Source: Eledone cirrhosa (Eukaryota). Taken from it: 64,000 bases of DNA. Shown here piece after piece: positions 36,812 through 49,690 of this stretch. Made by a program: the position numbers and the translations under genes. The DNA lies in the NCBI GenBank assembly GCA_964016885.1, contig OZ024741.1, positions 190,712,001 through 190,776,000 on the forward strand, given 5' to 3'. Below the pieces are notes generated by a model. That model had not been told where the DNA came from, ran no database searches, and saw only the letters and a list, made by a program, of their open reading frames with translations. The stretch's first letter is position 1, and each line of letters opens with the position of its first letter.

Positions 36812-39489
36812 TTTTGAGATCTAATTCTCTCTGTTTCCACCTATTAAAGAGGTTAACAAAATGACCAATAGGTGGAGTTGCCTGAAGTTGTGAATATCTT
36901 AAAGGTGATCTACTACCTACAGAAAGGTCAGCCACAGTATACAGGTATCATGTTGTATCTTGTGTAAGGCTAATTACTACACATACAAATTATGTCTTGT
37001 GTAAGACCAATTACCCTAGTTACTTCACTCAACAGATACAGCATCCATGAAATGTTAAGGGAGTTAATGTAAAGTGTTGTTTTTGTTGTTGTTGATAGTG
37101 GTGGTGGTGAGTAAGCTAGTGTTGAACGGTTAGGGTTAGGGTTCTGTAACTCCTGGAGGAGTCATACAAGTGTTATACTAATATACAATGTTTCTTAGGC
37201 ATTTTAAACCCGGCAGAGCCCACCACCTCTCCAGGTTTGAACACAGTTGATTTCTTCCAGAGAAGGTGAGAGAATGATAGAGATGAAGTGAGAAAGAGAT
37301 ATAGAGGAGGATCGACTCCAATATATGACTGGTACCTCTTTTATTAACCTCAAGTTTATGAAAGAAAAACTGACCTCATTGGGATTTAAAATCAGAGCGC
37401 AGTGAGCTGAATATGAATACAGCAAAGCAATTTATCAAATGTTCTAATGACCCTGCCATTTTGCTACTTTTTTAATATAGTTATTGAGGGTTAACATTAT
37501 GTTAAATGATTGATATTGTTTTGAGGGACTAATATAGTTTTGTTAACATAGTTGTGTTCTGTAATGGGTGCTGACTTTATGAACAGTCATTTAGGCTAAA
37601 AGGTCCACCTGTTACACATATAGCAGTAAAGATAATTTAACTTGTTTGATACCAACCCAGCCAAAACCAGTTCTGGTTCTATGGAATAAAACGACCCATT
37701 CTGAAATGTTTTTATTTCAATTTAAATCTTCCAACATAATTTTATATAAGAACCATATGTTAAGTATCTTAGTAGTGAAACTATTAACAATCTTAGTAAA
37801 TCTCTCAAAATTCTACATTTATTAATTGAAATAGAGGGTGTTTCATTAGAATTAGGGTCACAAAAGAGTGAAACAAAAGCTGAGATGGCAGACTATTGGA
37901 GACAGAATAAAAAGCAAGGAAAGGAAAAGAAACTCCACCATAAAAACAAAAACACAATCCAAAAGAAGGTCCCCTCCCTCCCCAAGAACATGGCATGCTT
38001 CAACATTTTGCTTTATTTGTTATGAAGAACTCTATGCAAGCTAAATATTTTTTTTTATTGGCTGTCCTGACCCTAAAATTGTTGTTGGTTTCTTTTGAAT
38101 GAGCAATTATGTGGACTGTATGTATCTATGATAGAGTTAGGGTTCTGTAGTGATATAGTCTTGGGCATTTTGAACCTGGCAGAGTCCACACCTTCTCAGG
38201 GCCTGAACACAGCCTATTTCTTTCAGAGAAGAAGTGAGAAAGTGATATAGAAGAAGAATCAACTCCTGATAAAAATGGGAAAATGGGAATGGTCCTGTTT
38301 TTATCTACCCAGCAAAGCTGACCTTGGTGGGATTTGAACTCAGAATGCAAAGGTTTAGAACGACTACCACAAAACATTCTATCCAATGTTCTAATGACTC
38401 TGCCAACTCATTACCTCATTTAATGTTAACTACAAGATGAGAACAAAGCTGATGGAGGAAGAGGATCAGAACTACGGGCAGTTCTGATTTGACCCAGGTA
38501 GAAGTTGTTCAATCATGGGTGGAGCACCCAATATATGTTTCAGGGATTTTTTTTTGTTTTGTCAGCCATCACATCCCCTCTCACAGACTACCTTGTTTAG
38601 ACACTTTCACATTACTTGCTTTCTCTCTCTCCCCCTCCCCCTCTCTCTCTACCACCAGCAAATATGTAGCTACCATTACTCCATCAAGAACTATCTTTTT
38701 TCTATTATCCCCTCTATTACAGCCTCCTCCACCATACCCTCATGTCCCTCACCCTCCCATCTTAGTTCTTCCTTTGCCATTGATCTCTCTTCAATTTATC
38801 TTCTTGGTGACATTTCTTTGAATGAATAGAGACAACATAGGATAGCAAGTACTTTAGTCTTGCACGTTCTAAGGCAAACTCACGAGTGCTGGTACCACAA
38901 TAAAATGCACCCAGGACTCTGTAAAAGAGTTGGTGCTAAGAACATTATCCAACCAGAGAAACCATGCCAAAAATGAAATCTATGAGCACGATGTGGTTTT
39001 CTGAGTCATATAGTTTCAGATTAGGACAATCTGTCCAACCCATGCCAGCATGGAAAGCAAATGTAAAACGATGATGATGATGACATACTCAATTTTGTGT
39101 TTTTAAATTATAACTAATTTTTGATAGGTTCATTATATAACATCCTTACCCTCCTCTCATTTTTTTCTATAACTTTGTCATGTCTGTCTCTCATGCTTTT
39201 GTAACCCCTATGTTTTAACATTTTATGGTATGTATAAATGGGCATGTATAAATGGTATGTATAAATGGCACCTAATAAAGAAATGACTATTATCATTATT
39301 CTTATCATTGTTATTGCTTTTGTTGTTTTCATGAGAGCATTGGAGAGAATGCCTTGCAGTATATTGTTATGGTTGTTTTACATTCTGAATTCAAATTGTG
39401 CCGAGGTAAACTTTGTTTTTCATCTTTCCAGAGTGCATCCTCGTCAGCAAGGTTATTCAAAACACAACAGAACCCTCTGTGTTCAGAGA

Positions 39490-39835
39490 ACATGAGGCCG
39501 CCTGTGAGACGTGGGACCGGCTGGGACTTAGCCCAGTAGACGTCCCTCCTCCTTCTCTCCCCTGTTGACGTCAAGCCCCCCCCCCCCAACGCACTTGGGA
39601 TGCCATCCAGTGCAGCCTGGCCTCAGACAGACTCACGCGCCAGCTCGACCACCACCGCCTTGCTTGTTTTCGTGCGGCCTCCAAACCCCACAGTGGTGCC
39701 TGGCTATATGCCCTGCCCTCCTTCTCCACTGGCACGCAGCTAGACAACCATAGCCTGTGCATCAGCGTTTCCCTGAGGCTCGGCCTCCGGATCTGCCAGC
39801 CACACCAATAACACTGCGGCTCCACCGTGGACTCT
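39490..39835 (+). mobile_element. CRE-like LINE fragment (post-RT region)
   Basis: Manual frame from 39596: WDAIQCSLASDRLTRQLDHHRLACFRAASKPHSGAWLYALPSFSTGTQLDNHSLCISVSLRLGLRICQPHQ*HCGSTVD (SGAWL..P, LRLG, H.C.CG motifs). Confidence 0.65.
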
Positions 39836-39854
39836 TTCAGCTTCCACGCAACCA

Positions 39855-41313
39855 TGAAAGGCAAGTCCATGCCGTCTGACAGCGTCATGGGACGCTGGAT
39901 GGAAGGACCGGTTAAATTGCTTGGGGTCCGGTTCGGTCTGGATCTCCAGATGGTGAAAAACTGAAGCGAGGTGACGAGCAAGGTGGCTTCTCTCACCCAG
40001 AAATGGACTGAGAGGAAGCTGTCTCTGAAAGGGTGGGCGGAGGTGGCGAATGCGTACATCGCATCCGTCATCTGCTACCGCCTGACCGTCATACCTTGCC
40101 CCGTCCAACTCTGACCAAAATGGAGTGCCTTCTCTTCCGCTTTTTGTGGAAGGGACGTGCTTGCATGGTCAAACGATCCATCTGCTGTCAGCACCTGTTG
40201 CGTGGAGGACTGGGCATGCGCTGAGGCTGCGACATCTCTGGTGCTTCCTTGAGGGTGAACAGGTGTGGTCGCCATTTGCCAGAGGTGCTTTGCCCCAGCT
40301 CATCTCCTTGATGGAGCTGCAGTCCCGGATCACAAAAAGACAGAGGGATAGCGCTTGGAAGCTGGAATGTCACCACCCTCTACCAGCTGGGCACTGATAT
40401 CGGTGGAACATCCACCTTGGCGTTCTATAGAGGGCTAGTGGAGGGGAAGAGCGATGATGTTCTCGGGGAGACCCTGGGCGTCGAAGACGATCAGCTGTTT
40501 GCTCTCTTCAAGAGAACTTTTAGCCCAGGGCCTATAGACAATTTCCAGAAATCCCTGGCTTGGCAGTGCTACCGGGGAGCGTTGCTGGTTCAAGATAAGC
40601 TCTACAGGCACGGAGGTGCTGTCAGCTGAGCCTGTCTGAGATGTGTGCAGGACGACGAAACTGTCCTGCATGCACTCGTTCAGTGCCCGAGCATTGCTGA
40701 CTTGTGGAGCTATGTCGAACAGTTGCTGTCGCGTGTAGGACAGATCCGGTTATCGACTGAGTCCATTGTGCCGATAGCCCCACCGTCCTCCTTTAAGGAA
40801 GACGAAGGGCAAGCAGTCTTCATCTGCTTGGTGGCCATGACGAAAGAGATTGTGTGGTGGACAAGGTTGAAAGGGTTGAAGATGGACACTTTCTCTCCGG
40901 CCAATCCTTGATTAACTTTTTCAAGTTTCACTTGAAGAGGAAAATCAGGGTGGAAAGGCAAGTACTGTCTTCTAGCAAGTTTGTTGAAAGGTGGGTGAAA
41001 GTGGCGAATCTGGGCCCACTCTGAGTATGTGCCTGTAGACTGAGGAGTGGAAAGCTGAGAGAGGACGCTTGCCCTGGTCGTCAGGGTGGCCGTGGTCTTT
41101 TGTGTGGTTTTCACCACAAGTGACCCTTGGAAGCTTCCCCCTTATTGGGGAATTTTTTGTTGTTTGAATTTTAATTTATTTTACACGTTTCTGTCTTTTA
41201 TAACCTTTTTACACGGCCAAAACCCACTTTGTATCGTCCTGTGCCGTCTGTAATGTTTTTCTTCATGTTAGCCCTTGAGGCCAATAAAGAAACCATTATT
41301 ATTATTATTATTA
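39855..41313 (+). mobile_element. Tx1/L1-clade LINE 3' fragment
   Basis: KLLGVRFG, W..RKLSLKG, LFRFLWKG, GGLG and C..C...ETVLHALVQC motifs; AATAAA plus (ATT)n tail. Confidence 0.8.
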
Positions 41314-42762
41314 TTTCGATAGGGTTGACCATCGTTATCTGGCGGTGGTCCTGAGGGTGGCCGGCTTTGGGTCCATCTTCAGAGGCTGGATCGCTGCCAT
41401 GCACAGCGACATTTGATCTGTGGTGAGAGTGAATGGTCACCTTTCGGAACTGTTCAACATCAGGCGCTTGGTCCGCCAAGTATGTCCCCTCTCATCCCTG
41501 CTGTATGTATTGACTCTCGAGCCATTACTGCACAAAATAGTTGCACATAGAGGAGCATTCCACGCGAACTAGGATGCAGGAGAACTGTGTCAGCATATGC
41601 CGACGATGTCACTGTAGTGGTGTCGAATACCAAACACATCGAGGCGATTGGCACTACACTAAGAGAATAGGAGGCGGTGACAGGAGCAATGATCAACCAG
41701 GAAAAGTCGATGGGCCTGCAGCTCGGCACCTGGAGAGGCAGGTCCATGCCATCCAACAGTGTCATCGGACGCTGGATGGATGGACCGGTTAAATTGCTAG
41801 GGGTCTGGTTTGGTCCAGACCTCTAGACGGACAAAAACTGGGACGAGGTGACGAGCAGAGTGGCCTCTCTCACCCAGAAATGGGCCAAGTGGAAGCTATC
41901 CCTGAAAGGTTGAACGGAGGTAGCGAATGCATCTGTTATCTACTACCGCCTGACCATCGTGCTTTGTCCTAAGCCTCGCTTGACTGTGCTGGAGCATTTG
42001 CTCTTTCACCTTTTGTGGAAGGGATGCACTCCAATGGTCAGGCAGTCCATTTACTGTCAACACCCACTACATGAAGGGCTGGGCATGCTGTGGCTGATGA
42101 TGCACAAACATGTACTCAGGCTACAGCATCTAGTGCCATCAGCCGGGCCTGTCCTAGATGCGCGCAGGGTGACAAAACCGTCCTGCAAACACTCGGCCAG
42201 TAGCCAAGCATTGTTGACTTGTGGGTTTATGTTGAACACCTGCTGTCGCATGTAGGATAGATTCAGATATCAGCTGAGTCCATCGTGAAGATTGCCCCGC
42301 TGTCTTCCTTCAGCCAGGAAGGGCAGGCAGTTTTTATCTGTCTGGTGGCTCATTAATTTTTTCAGGTTTCACCAGAAAAGGAAGATCAGGGTGGAAAGGG
42401 AAGTGTTGCCTTCCAGCCAGTTTGTTGAAAGGTGGGTGATAGAGGCAAGAATGGCTCATATGAATGGGCCTGCCCTGAACGTATGCCTGTAGTATCATAG
42501 GAGGAAAACTGGAAGAAGGTGCTTGCACTAGAGGTCAGGAAGACCGTGGCTTTTTGTGGGCTTTCTCCACAAGTGACAAAGGAATTTTTCCTTAGTTTTC
42601 ATATTTTTGTTAAATCCCTTGTTTTTATATATGTATATATATAATTTTGTTTTTTTTTACACGCAGAAATGCCCATTTGTTTCGCCCTGTGCTGTCCTTA
42701 ATGTTATACTTTATGTCAACCCTTGTGGTTAATAAAGAAAGCATTATTTTTATTATTATTAT
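41314..42762 (+). mobile_element. Second Tx1/L1-clade LINE fragment, internally deleted
   Basis: FDRVDHRYL, SAYADDVT (RT catalytic motif), INQEKS; same 3' UTR and (ATT)n tail. Confidence 0.8.
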
Positions 42763-42764
42763 TC

Positions 42765-42950
42765 AGTATCAGTAGAGCATCAGACACCATGCTTTGCAGC
42801 ATAGAGTTATGGCATTTTACATTCTGAGTTCAAATCCCGCCAAGGTTAACTTTGCCTTTCATCCTTACAGGGTCGATAAAATAAAGCAACAGTAATGCAC
42901 TGGGGTAACTGCTGGCCTTGTGCCAAAAGTAGAAACATTATTATTATTAT
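42765..42950 (+). mobile_element. SINE family 1
   Basis: Box B, core and (ATT)n tail. Confidence 0.8.
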
Positions 42951-45503
42951 TCTTGGAGTCTGAGTCATTGATGTTATTTAACTGGAAAGTTTGTTGAAAT
43001 GTACATCAAGCCGCTACCTGCAGCCTCAGATATTCAGGATGTATCGGAGGGTTCTTGCTATTCCCAGCAAGCATGCCTTTTGAAGTGTTCCAATAAAGGG
43101 GCTGGACTAATCTTCTTTAACCATCCTTGAAAACTCTTTGAGATAGTACCTAATGCTCCTTTGACAATCGAGACAACCTTGATCTCATGACAGTCCCAAA
43201 TCCTTTTTAACTCCCACTTTAAATCCTACATCTACAATCAGGCACAATCTTTTATCCTTATCAAAAACCACCAAGTCAGATGTATTGTGTTCTAATTTCT
43301 TGTCTGTCTGTATCCTGAAATCCCATAGCTACCTCACTTAATCGCTTTCTATCACCGACTCTGGCTTATACTCATACCACGCCTCAGAATGTGATAAATT
43401 ATTTAGTTTGCATAAATGCCAGTGAATCACCTTTCCTATTATATCGTGCCTCCAGCCTTTATAGTGAGTTTGGGCTTGGGTTTTACACTCAGATACAATG
43501 TGAGCCACAGTCTCCTCTCTCTCTCCACAGATCCTACACAGTGAGCTAGCCTCCTCCTTGTGAATATGGTGTTTCACCTACTTCGTTCTGAGAGCTTCCT
43601 CTTGAGAAGCCATTAGCATTCCTTCTGTAGCTTTTTTAAGGTCTCCTCTTTTTAACCAGTTCCATGTCTGTGGATCTCTAAATTCCGTTTTCTTAAAGAA
43701 GGTACTATGAAGGGATTTTTCATGAAGGTTGCTCTTCCCCCTTGTTGTTATTTCCTCCTTGGACATCCTTGGTCCATTGTCTTCTCCTTCAGTACAATTT
43801 TGAGCATTGGCTCCCTACTGTCAGTCACATATTTGTGCAGGTTGTTTTTCTCCATCTGAACACAGTCCTCTATGCTGATAAGACCTCTTCCACCTTCAGA
43901 TCTTTTTAAGTAAATTCTATCAACATCACTCCTCTTGTGGAACATGTTGTAGATAGTCATTAGCTTCCTAATCTTCCTATCCATTTCTTTTTGTTCAGCA
44001 ACATTTCATTTCAGAATTCCCGCACTGTACCTAATAATGGACACAGCTCAGGAATTTACTGCACTTATGACATTCCTACTATTTAGACGTGATTTTAATA
44101 CGCTCCTTACTCTCCTAATGTACTCAGATCTTATCAATTCCTTCATTTTTTTGTTCTTGATGTCATCTGCCTCCAGAACACCTAAATATTTGTATCCTTC
44201 TTCAGTGTCAATTTCTTTTATCATCTCACCTGTTGGTACCTGGATTCCGTTGCTTCTGCTCAATTTACCCCTCTTCATCACTTCATCACAAGGACTCCAC
44301 ACTTATTAAAAACCAAACTCCATACATATATCATTGCTGAAAATACGGACAGTGTCAACTCCTTCTCACTCTTCTCAAAGAGTTCAAGATTGTCTATGAA
44401 GAGGAGGTGGTTGATGGTAAGCTCTCCCTTTCCCAACTTGTATCCTGCTCTCACTTTTCGCAATATGACAGACAGGGGTATCAGGGCAAGGACAAACAGC
44501 AGAAGGGACAAACTATCTCCCTGGAAGATACCTCTCTTGATCTTCATGCCTCCCAAGGATTCTCCACCTGATGTTAATTCTGTTTCCCAGGACTTGATAC
44601 TTTTGCTCAACAACTGTCTGATGTTATCTGCCACCTTGAAGATCTCTAGGCTTTTGGTTATCCAAGAATGAGGTACCATGTCAAATGCCTTTTTGTAATC
44701 TATCCATCCCATGGCAAGACCAGTGTGCCTCCTCTTGCAATTCCTCATTACCATTTTATCAATAAGTAACTGGTCTTTTGTATCACGGGACTTCTTTCGG
44801 CATCCTTTCTGTTCGTCCGGTAACAAGTTGTTTGTGTGGAGGTGATGGTAGATTTCCTCAGACACAATGCTTGTTAAGAGCTTCCACATTACGGACAGAC
44901 ATGTGATAGGTCTATAGTTGGTAACATCATTACCCTTGATTCGGTCTTTCATTACCAGAACTGTGGTACCTTTTGTCAACCACTCTGGTACCTCACCTGA
45001 CATCAAGCAGTCATTGAACATGGCCGTCAGCTTCGGGTGGAGGGATGTTCAATTTTTAATCCAATACCCCTGCACACCATCTGGGACTGGTGATTTCCAG
45101 TTGGTTAGTTTTTTGGCCTGCCATTTAAGAGTTTCAACTGTGATACTCAAATCAGTTTGTTGGTGTGCTTGTTCACTAATCTCCTTTTGAACTGTCTCAA
45201 TCCACACTGCCTGACTATTATGTTCAACATTCTGCTCCCATATTCCTCTCCAGAATGGCTTAGTCGGTTCCGCTTCAGGGATCACATCGTTGCCTCTTTT
45301 TTTCCCTTCAAGCTGTTCAAACAACATCTTCTGGTTGTTGTCAAACATGCGGTTCTGTCTGTACTGACTAACTCTGTTCTCATACCGCCTAATCTTTGCA
45401 CTTTTTGCTATAATGCGTTGCTTCAGTTCCTCTATGATAATATTTAGCTTTTTCCCCCTAGTTTTGTATTTTATTTTCAATCTATCTTTAGTGTCTATGT
45501 TTT
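42951..45503 (-). mobile_element. R4/Dong-like LINE (degenerate RT, CCHC, RLE)
   Basis: NYRPITCL, EQKGC, WIDYKKAFDMVPH, GIFQGDSLS, HLLFIDN, YKYLG, CRICGEREETVAHIVSEC across broken ORFs. Confidence 0.9.
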
Positions 45504-45504
45504 T

Positions 45505-47096
45505 ATTCTGAGTTCAAATCCTACCGAGGTTAACTTTGCCTTTCATCCTTACGGGGTCGATAAAATAAAGTACCAGTAATACACTGGGTAATTGCTGGCT
45601 TTGTGCCAAAAAGTAGAAACAATTATTATTATTATTATTATACTTTGGATCTCAGTCATTGATGTTATTTAACTGGAAAGTTTGTTGAAATGAATATCAA
45701 GCCACTACCTGCAGCCTCAGATATTCAGGACGTATCGGAGGGTTCTTGCTGTTCCCAGCAAGCATGCTTTTGAAGTGTTTCAAAAAGCGGGGCTGGACTA
45801 ATCTTCTTTAACCATCCTTAGAAACTCTTTGAGATAGTACCTAGTGCACCTATGACATTCGTGATGACTCTGAATTCATGGCAGTTCCAAATCCTTTTTA
45901 CCTCCCAATTCAAGTCCTGGTATTGGTTAATTTTCTTCCTCTCCTTCTCTTGCACTCTCGTGTCAAATGGGCAGGCTACATCTACAATCAAGCACAATCT
46001 TTTTTCCTTGTTCAAAACCACCAGGTCAGGCCTATTGTGTTCTAATTTCCTTTCCATTCGTATCCTAAAATCCCATAGCACCCTCACCTTGTTTCTATTA
46101 CCAACTCTGGCTTATGCTCATACTACTTCTCAGAATGTGGTAAATTGTTTACTTTGCATAAATGCCAGTGGATCACCCTGCCCATCACATCATGTCTCCA
46201 GCCTTTATAGTGAGTCTGGGCTAGGTGTTTACACTCGGATACAATGTGGGCCACAGTCTCCTCTCTCTCTCCACAGATCCTACATAGTGGGCTAGCCTCC
46301 TCCTTGTGAATATGGTTTTTCACCCACTTCGTTCTGAGGGCCTGCTCTTGCGCAGCCATTAGCATTCCTTCTGTAGCCTTTTTAAGGTCTCCTCTTTTTA
46401 ACCAGTTCCATGCCTGTGGATCTCTAAATTCCGTTTTCTTAAAGAAGGTACTATGAAGGGATATTTCATGAAGGTTGTTCTTCCTTCTTGTTGTTATTTC
46501 CTCCTTGGACATCCCTTGGTCAATTGTCTTCTCCTTCAGTACAATTTTGAGCATTGGCTCCCTACTGTCAGTCACGTATTTGTGCAGGTTGTTTTCTCCA
46601 TCTGAACACAGTCCTCTATGCTGATAAGACCTCTTCCAACTTCAGATCTCTTTAAGTAGAGTCTATCGACATCACTCCTCTTGTGGAACATGTTGTAGAT
46701 AGTCAATAGCTTCCTAGTCTTCCTATCCATTTCTTTTTGTTCAGCAACATTCCATTTCAGAATTCCCGCACTGTACCTAATAATAGACACAGCTCAGGAA
46801 TTTACTGCACTTATGATATTCCTACTATTTAGATGTGATTTTAATATGCTCCTTACTCTCCTAATGTACTCAGATCTTATCAATTCCTTCATTTTTTTGT
46901 TCTTGATGTCATCTGCCTCCAGAACACCTAAATATTTGTATCCTTCTTCAGTGTCAATTTCCTTTATCATCTCACCTGTTGGTACCTGGATTCCTCTTTG
47001 CTACAATGTGTTGCTTCAGTTCCTCTATGATAATATTTAGCTTTTTCCTCCTAGTTTTATACTTTATTTCCAATCTATTTTTAGTGTCTATGTTTT
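45505..47096 (-). mobile_element. SINE family 1 (45505-45640, +) plus a second R4/Dong-like copy lacking the RT core
   Basis: RPDLVVLNK...IVDVACPFD...KINQYQDL endonuclease motif; same 5' end as the first copy. Confidence 0.85.
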
Positions 47097-47189
47097 GTAA
47101 TGACCCATAATAATAATAATTATTATTATTATTATTATTATTACTATTATTATTATTAATATAACAAGGGCAATGGATTGGCATTCAAT

Positions 47190-47525
47190 TATAACACTTC
47201 ACATTCTGTGTTCAAATCCTGCATGGTCAGCTTTACCTTTCATCCTATCCTTCTGGGTTCGATAATATAAAGTACCAGTAATATAATTTATTCTTCGCTA
47301 CACCAAATTGCTGGCCTTGTCCCTAAATTAGAAATCATGGTGAATTGGCAGTATCGGTAGAGGGTTGGACGCCATGCTTTCTAGCATAGTTACGTCCCTT
47401 TACAGTCTGAGTTCAAATCCTGCCGAGGTTAACTTTGCCTTTCATCCTTACGGGGTTGATAAAATAAAGTACCAGTAATGTACTGGGTAATTGCTGGCCT
47501 TGTGCCTAAAGTAGAAACAATTATT
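47190..47525 (+). mobile_element. Two SINE family 1 copies (diverged 47190-47335; intact 47339-47525)
   Basis: Head, box B and core matches. Confidence 0.8.
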
Positions 47526-49690
47526 AATAATATAACAATTGTAAAGGGCACTGAAACAATATTGGACTAAATGTAAGAAACCTCCTTTTATTATTTGTTT
47601 ATTATTACAATATTTGGTGTTGAGTACAGAAGGGGGAATATGAGTAGGGACTGAGGCTAAATGTCACATGATACATGGTATTTACTTACCTCGTTTTTCA
47701 TTCAAATTTAAACAAAATTGTACTAGTAATATTTTATTCTACACTGCCATTTTTAATCTGTTGTTGGATGAAGTCTTCACAAGTGCATTGATTTTAGGCC
47801 TTCTTGCCCATACTGCATTGAATGGAATGTTTTCAAGGTTGGGTGATTAGCCCTGGTGATCAGCACCAGAACACAGAGATCAAGAATAAATTCTACAAAG
47901 TATTCTATACCCACACTCTAATGACTCTACCAATACACAGACTACCAGTGATATATTGTGGTCCAATTTAATCCCCTAAACCCCCAAGCCAAGAAATGTG
48001 TGGCAATATGTTTTTGATGTAGCAGACCAATACTAAATCTGTATTTTAAAACAGCTATAGTATTATGCTGTAATGGGATAAATGTATTGCCAACAAGCTT
48101 TTAGTGAATGGTTCATAGAACAATATCTGATTAAAGAGTCAGAAAAAAAATTGTAAGTTTATCCATCTTCATGTGATGATTTACAAATGGAATACAGTCT
48201 AAAATTCACAAAATTATTACTCGAAGAAATAATTTCTGTAAATGGCAAATGAAGTTCATTGTATGTAAGTTAGGTTGTTTTAAATGTCATAAAATTTCTT
48301 TCTGTTGCATATATTGTGTCAGCTAACCAGAAATACCAGTTACCAGCAGGAGACAAAACATTAGATTCCATTAATGTTAATTAGAGAACCAACAGGCATT
48401 CCTTTCAGCCTGCAGATACCACATCTCTGATGAAGGTCAACTGAAGATCTCTATAGACTCTATTCTAGTAATTAGATGGACTACAATAGTAACAGCAACA
48501 TCTATCATTTAATTTAGATGTCGATGGTTAGCAGCTTTACCTAATTAGTGTAAATAACACTGAAATATTAGTGCTTCTTCCTGGAGTTCTTCTAAATCTT
48601 CCTGTTTGGTTGTTGTACTGAGTTAACACCCACTTCAGCCTTCCTTGAATTCCTTAGATTTGCAGAAGACAAAGCTAGAAATTAATAGGGAGAGGGTAGT
48701 ATAATGGGTTTAAAAGAATCATAAGCAGTCGATTCTTTAGGAAACCCTAAATTTTTTGTATCAACTTTTTAAATATCTTCTTTTGTTTATTGTGCGTTTT
48801 CTTTTTACTTACTTATTTAGCATGTCATTTGTACACACAGTTTTAAATATCTTCTTTGCTACCATATTTATCAACTGAAAAACATTGCCTATGATTTTAA
48901 AATAATTTTGAAAATAAGCAAACATTAGGAAGGATTTAGTAATATTGATTTCTTTATTAGCCACAAGGGCGCAACAAGGATTTAGTAATATTACTAGTTC
49001 CTCATTATTATGCTGCTGTTTGGAATATAACTTAACAAACGTTCTTATATAAAAATATAGGAGGCTTTTAGATAAACAAACACTTAAAAATGAACAGCTT
49101 TGTATTGTAGAACCAGGATCAATTTCAAGCTATTTGGTATCAAAAGGTTTGACATATTGTATTTATTCTATTGAATCTGTTAGGGATGACACTCAATGTC
49201 TATTCTTGTGTGATTTAAACTTAAAACTGGGGTGGGTTAATATAACCTCCATAAGGATTTGATTTGGTGCCTCTTTCCACTGTTATATCAACTTTTCCCC
49301 CCTTAAAAGAATAATTTCTGACATTCTAAGGGAGGATAGAGTAGTTGATAAGTCAACCCTAGTATATAACTGTTACTTCTTTTATATTAATCCCTTGGAG
49401 ATGAAAAACAAAGTTGACCTTGATGGGATTTGAACTCACAGTAGATAATGCCATAAATAAATGTCACATGACATTACTGCTTCATTCACTTCTATCATCT
49501 TTGTGTCATCTTGAAATAATGAATTCTAACATTTGAGGAAGGGTGTAGTCGATAATATTGACCCCGTCATATGAATGGTACTTATTTTATCAACACTCTA
49601 GTAGATGAAAAAGCAAAGTATAAATTGCTAGAGATTGAATTCAGGATGTAAAGAGAGGTAATTAGATACAATAAAGCATATTGGTTGGTA

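Noticed and set aside
36563-36935. Poly-D/G, poly-T/I and poly-M/V ORFs
   Set aside because: Trinucleotide microsatellite artefacts.
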